Shown: positions 18,016 to 20,000 of the stretch, piece by piece | Position numbering within the stretch: the first letter of the stretch is position 1 | How the letters are laid out: each line of letters begins with the position of its first letter | Virus record (IMG/VR): IMGVR_UViG_3300018494_004239 | DNA: 20,000 nt | Origin: an uncultured virus (IMG/VR IMGVR_UViG_3300018494_004239) | Lineage: Duplodnaviria; Heunggongvirae; Uroviricota; Caudoviricetes | Strand: one strand, 5' to 3' | The notes under the pieces: generated by a model | Told to the model about the DNA's origin: nothing | Databases searched by the model: none | What the model saw: the letters and a program-made list of their open reading frames with translations, nothing else | Program-made: the position numbers and the translations under genes

Positions 18016-18375
18016 GGTACAAAAGGTGTGTTGCTACACCAAAGGGTCAGAGGGCACATATGGCATTGTAAGTTAGCTTTTACCGAACATTGCATCGCTT
18101 ACTTAATTCCCAGCGTCTCTCGCGTTTTGGAAACTTACCATATTACACACTACTTGTGGTCTCGCATCACACAGCGCAAGACGCTCCACAGTATTTCAAC
18201 TGCTTCCTAAACTATTGCTGTATTGTGACCGTTCTGCTTTCGTTTCCCTGTAGTTTGTACGGCGACCTCGGTTGGCCTGACCCGCCTTTTCTTGAACTCC
18301 ACGTTGCGCAAATGCAGGTTCTTCTACTCCCCACTCTTTAAAGGATGGCTACTCTTAAGCCTACCTTCCTTTTGT
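18015..18375 (-). ncRNA. 361-nt CCA-ended RNA containing a split mimic of the 23S rRNA uL11-binding domain (H43/H44)
   Basis: The 5' part GGAAGGUAGGCUUAAGAGUAGCCAUCCUUUAAAGAGU and the 3' part GUGUAGCAACACACC align without gaps to E. coli 23S 1054-1090 and 1091-1105. Closing helix ACAAAAGG/CCUUUUGU followed by ACCA. Confidence 0.85.
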
Positions 18376-18440
18376 TGGTGTGCTGGACTGGTATCGACCC
18401 AATCATGCTTTTTCGCGTCTTCCATTTAAACGACAGCACA
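18376..18440 (-). ncRNA. tRNA-like element lacking a normal anticodon arm
   Basis: GUGCUG/CAGCAC-ACCA acceptor, D-arm GUUU-AAAUGGA-AGAC, T-like arm GAUUGG-GUCGAUA-CCAGUC. The anticodon arm is reduced to GC-GAAAAA-GC. Confidence 0.65.
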
Positions 18441-18445
18441 TATTT

Positions 18446-18508
18446 GTTAGAGGCAGGTTGGGGTTTCACCAACACCGAGTTTGTATATCGAACAGTGACT
18501 CCGCCCCT
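18446..18508 (-). ncRNA. Degenerate tRNA-like element (acceptor plus T-like arm, no CCA)
   Basis: GGGGCGG/CUGCCUC 7-bp stem stacked on GUUGG-UGAAACC-CCAAC. Confidence 0.45.
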
Positions 18509-18618
18509 CGATTGCTTCGGGTTAACCACATCTTCGTTCGCGCGATACGGAGATGTTTTCTGCGGGTTATTTAAGCATTTCGCACTCGTCACAATCTCTA
18601 TTTAGGGCTACTGCCTCT

Positions 18619-18736
18619 TGGTGCATCTGGTTGGACTCGAACCAACACCGCAATTGCCAACCTGTCTTGCTTCGATATGACTTCTCGAAGTAGTTACTGG
18701 TATTTACAACCTCGTTTTCCAGCACGATACAGATAC
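18619..18736 (-). ncRNA. 118-nt tRNA-like element with a greatly extended anticodon arm
   Basis: Acceptor GUAUCUG/CAGAUGC-ACCA, D-like arm UCGU-GCUGGAAA-ACGA, canonical T arm GUUGG-UUCGAGU-CCAAC. An ~60-nt hairpin replaces the anticodon arm. Confidence 0.75.
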
Positions 18737-18741
18737 ATAAA

Positions 18742-19012
18742 AATAAAACAGTTTGTGATTTCCGCTATTTCAAGCGCCTGCGATAGTGGTAGATTATATC
18801 CATCATTTACAGCCGAGCAGTCGATACTTGGTGTTTCGCCCAAGTCTAATCTCGTTTTCGGGTTTCATTCGGTTTTCCCGACTCTTTTCCCGTCTCTCTC
18901 CATTCTTAATAAGGAGTCCCACATTTCCTTGCAGTCTCTCTGCAAGTCCTACTTGAAGTCAGTCTACTGTCGAAGCAGATGTTTCATTAAACCCTTTCGG
19001 AACTGTTTTATT
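18742..19012 (-). ncRNA. 271-nt multi-hairpin RNA closed by a perfect 12-bp helix
   Basis: Termini AAUAAAACAGUU/AACUGUUUUAUU. Internal stems CUUGCAG/CUGCAAG, ACUUGG/CCAAGU, UCGG/CCGA and UCUGCU/AGUAGA. Confidence 0.65.
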
Positions 19013-19013
19013 A

Positions 19014-19089
19014 TGGTGCCCGTGGAGGGGCTCGAACCCTCGACACCCAGATTAAAAGTCTGGTGCTCTTCCAACTGAGCTACACGAGC
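19014..19089 (-). tRNA. tRNA-Lys(UUU)
   Basis: GCTCGTG-TA-GCTCAGTTGGAAGAGC-A-CCAGA-CTTTTAA-TCTGG...GGTTCGAGCCC...CACGGGC-ACCA, 76 nt. Confidence 0.97.
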
Positions 19090-19111
19090 ATGTGTCTCAT
19101 TGACTGTCGTT

Positions 19112-19140
19112 ATTATACCACAGATAAACCTTAATGTCAA
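19112..19140 (-). promoter_or_regulatory. Perfect sigma-A promoter of the tRNA-Lys/ncRNA operon
   Basis: TTGACA (19140-19135)-17-TATAAT (19117-19112) with extended TG. Confidence 0.9.
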
Positions 19141-19236
19141 CTACTTTTTCGAAAAAAGTTAAAGAAAAAATGCACAAAATCCAATATAGAAAACATTGAA
19201 AATTGTGCATAGTTTTTAGATGTTTTTGAATAAAAC

Positions 19237-20000
19237 AACATCGCCGCATTCTCGTGACTTTAGTCGTGAGTAAGGCGATGTTTCTTATTATTCTTAAATA
19301 AAAAGGTTGCAATTGTTAAGAAAATATGTTATAATATATCTATCTTAAACAGAAAGGAAGTGCTTATTAAAGAATGAACATAACTACGAGTTATAAGGTT
19401 CAAATTGTTGGTATTAACAAAATGTTAAAACCAACCGTAAATAAATATAGAGAAGCACTCACTTTCTTAATCCCCATTATAAATAATGAGTGGGATAGTA
19501 TTTCTGCACTAAAAGGCAATCGCAAAAATAATTTGGTTGAACATCTTATCCATACGACAAAGGATAATGAGGCAAAATACCCAGAGTTCGACCAATTGTT
19601 TTACAAAATGCCAAGTTACTTTCGTAGAGGAGTCATTGCCGATGCAATCGGCATTGTATCTTCTTATAGAAGCAACTATGAAAATTGGGAAAAGAATGGC
19701 AAGATTGGCAAACCACCAAGATTGCAGACCAAACATTATAGTTGTCCAATTTTCTATAGAGATAATACTTATGAAGAAACGGATAATCCTAACATTGTTA
19801 ATCTAAAACTTTATATTAACAATGATTGGGTTTGGTATCCAGTGCATCTTCGTGCTACGGATATTAAGTATATTCGGAAGTATTGTCAAAATAAAGAGAT
19901 GTCTGCTCCAATTTTGGAGAGAAGATATAATAAATACTATTTGAGATTTGCTTTTACTGAAAAGGTCAAACTGAATGAAGTAAAAGCAGAAAACCAAAAA
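19237..20000 (+). mobile_element. IS200/IS605-family element with no tnpA before tnpB (IS1341-like), left part
   Basis: Subterminal hairpin AACATCGCC-gcatt-CTCGTGAC-ttta-GTCGTGAG-taa-GGCGATGTT (19237-19282) resembles IS200/IS605 ends. It is followed by a promoter (19307-19335) and a TnpB-like ORF. Confidence 0.7.
19374..20000 (+). CDS. tnpB: TnpB-related (IS200/IS605 accessory) protein, N-terminal part, runs off the right edge
   Basis: Not in the ORF track. Open frame MNITTSYKVQI...YREALTFLIPIINNEW...FDQLFYKMPSYFRRGVIADAIGIVSSYRSNYENW...LKLYINNDWVW...SAPILERRYNKYYLRFAF resembles Firmicutes TnpB-related proteins. The RuvC domain would lie beyond the window. Confidence 0.75.
   Translation, partial: MNITTSYKVQIVGINKMLKPTVNKYREALTFLIPIINNEWDSISALKGNRKNNLVEHLIHTTKDNEAKYPEFDQLFYKMPSYFRRGVIADAIGIVSSYRSNYENWEKNGKIGKPPRLQTKHYSCPIFYRDNTYEETDNPNIVNLKLYINNDWVWYPVHLRATDIKYIRKYCQNKEMSAPILERRYNKYYLRFAFTEKVKLNEVKAENQK

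Noticed and set aside
18025..18369. True 23S rRNA gene or remnant
   Set aside because: Recognisable similarity is limited to about 52 nt split into two blocks. The flanks are not rRNA-like and the changes are compensatory.
18015..18375. tmRNA (similar length, 3' ACCA)
   Set aside because: No GGGG 5' end, no G3.U70 alanine determinant and no canonical T loop; the termini match 23S H43/H44 instead.
18510..18592. Hammerhead-like GUGACGA-GUGC-GAAA on the minus strand
   Set aside because: The core starts with G rather than C, stem II is essentially absent and the required UH cleavage site is not in register.
18028..19078. Short ORFs across the RNA cluster
   Set aside because: They overlap tRNA and tRNA-like structures, lack RBSs and give no protein-like sequence.
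1..20000. CRISPR array or alternative genetic code
   Set aside because: No regularly spaced repeats were seen, and recognisable genes are full length in the standard bacterial code.

Overview
AT-rich window with Firmicutes (Clostridia-like) signals. Housekeeping-type genes (recA N-terminus, coaE, ligA, pyk, a Nudix hydrolase, an Hsp20) lie outside their usual operons, among many short hypothetical genes. Most units have their own near-consensus sigma-A promoter and intrinsic terminator. This layout suggests a jumbo phage or other large extrachromosomal element, but no virion gene is visible, so an unusual chromosome cannot be excluded. The window also has tRNA-Pro(UGG), tRNA-Lys(UUU) and the 5' part of a TnpB-only IS200/IS605-like element. 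The most striking feature is a ~1.1 kb minus-strand non-coding operon (about 19105 to 17980). In order it holds tRNA-Lys, a 271-nt structured RNA, three aberrant tRNA-like modules and a 361-nt CCA-ended RNA. The two ends of that last RNA rebuild the uL11-binding GTPase-associated centre (23S rRNA H43/H44, E. coli 1054-1105) with compensatory changes and a 293-nt insert. A second ~390-nt structured RNA with its own promoter and terminator lies directly upstream of coaE. All calls come from reading the sequence; no database searches were run.
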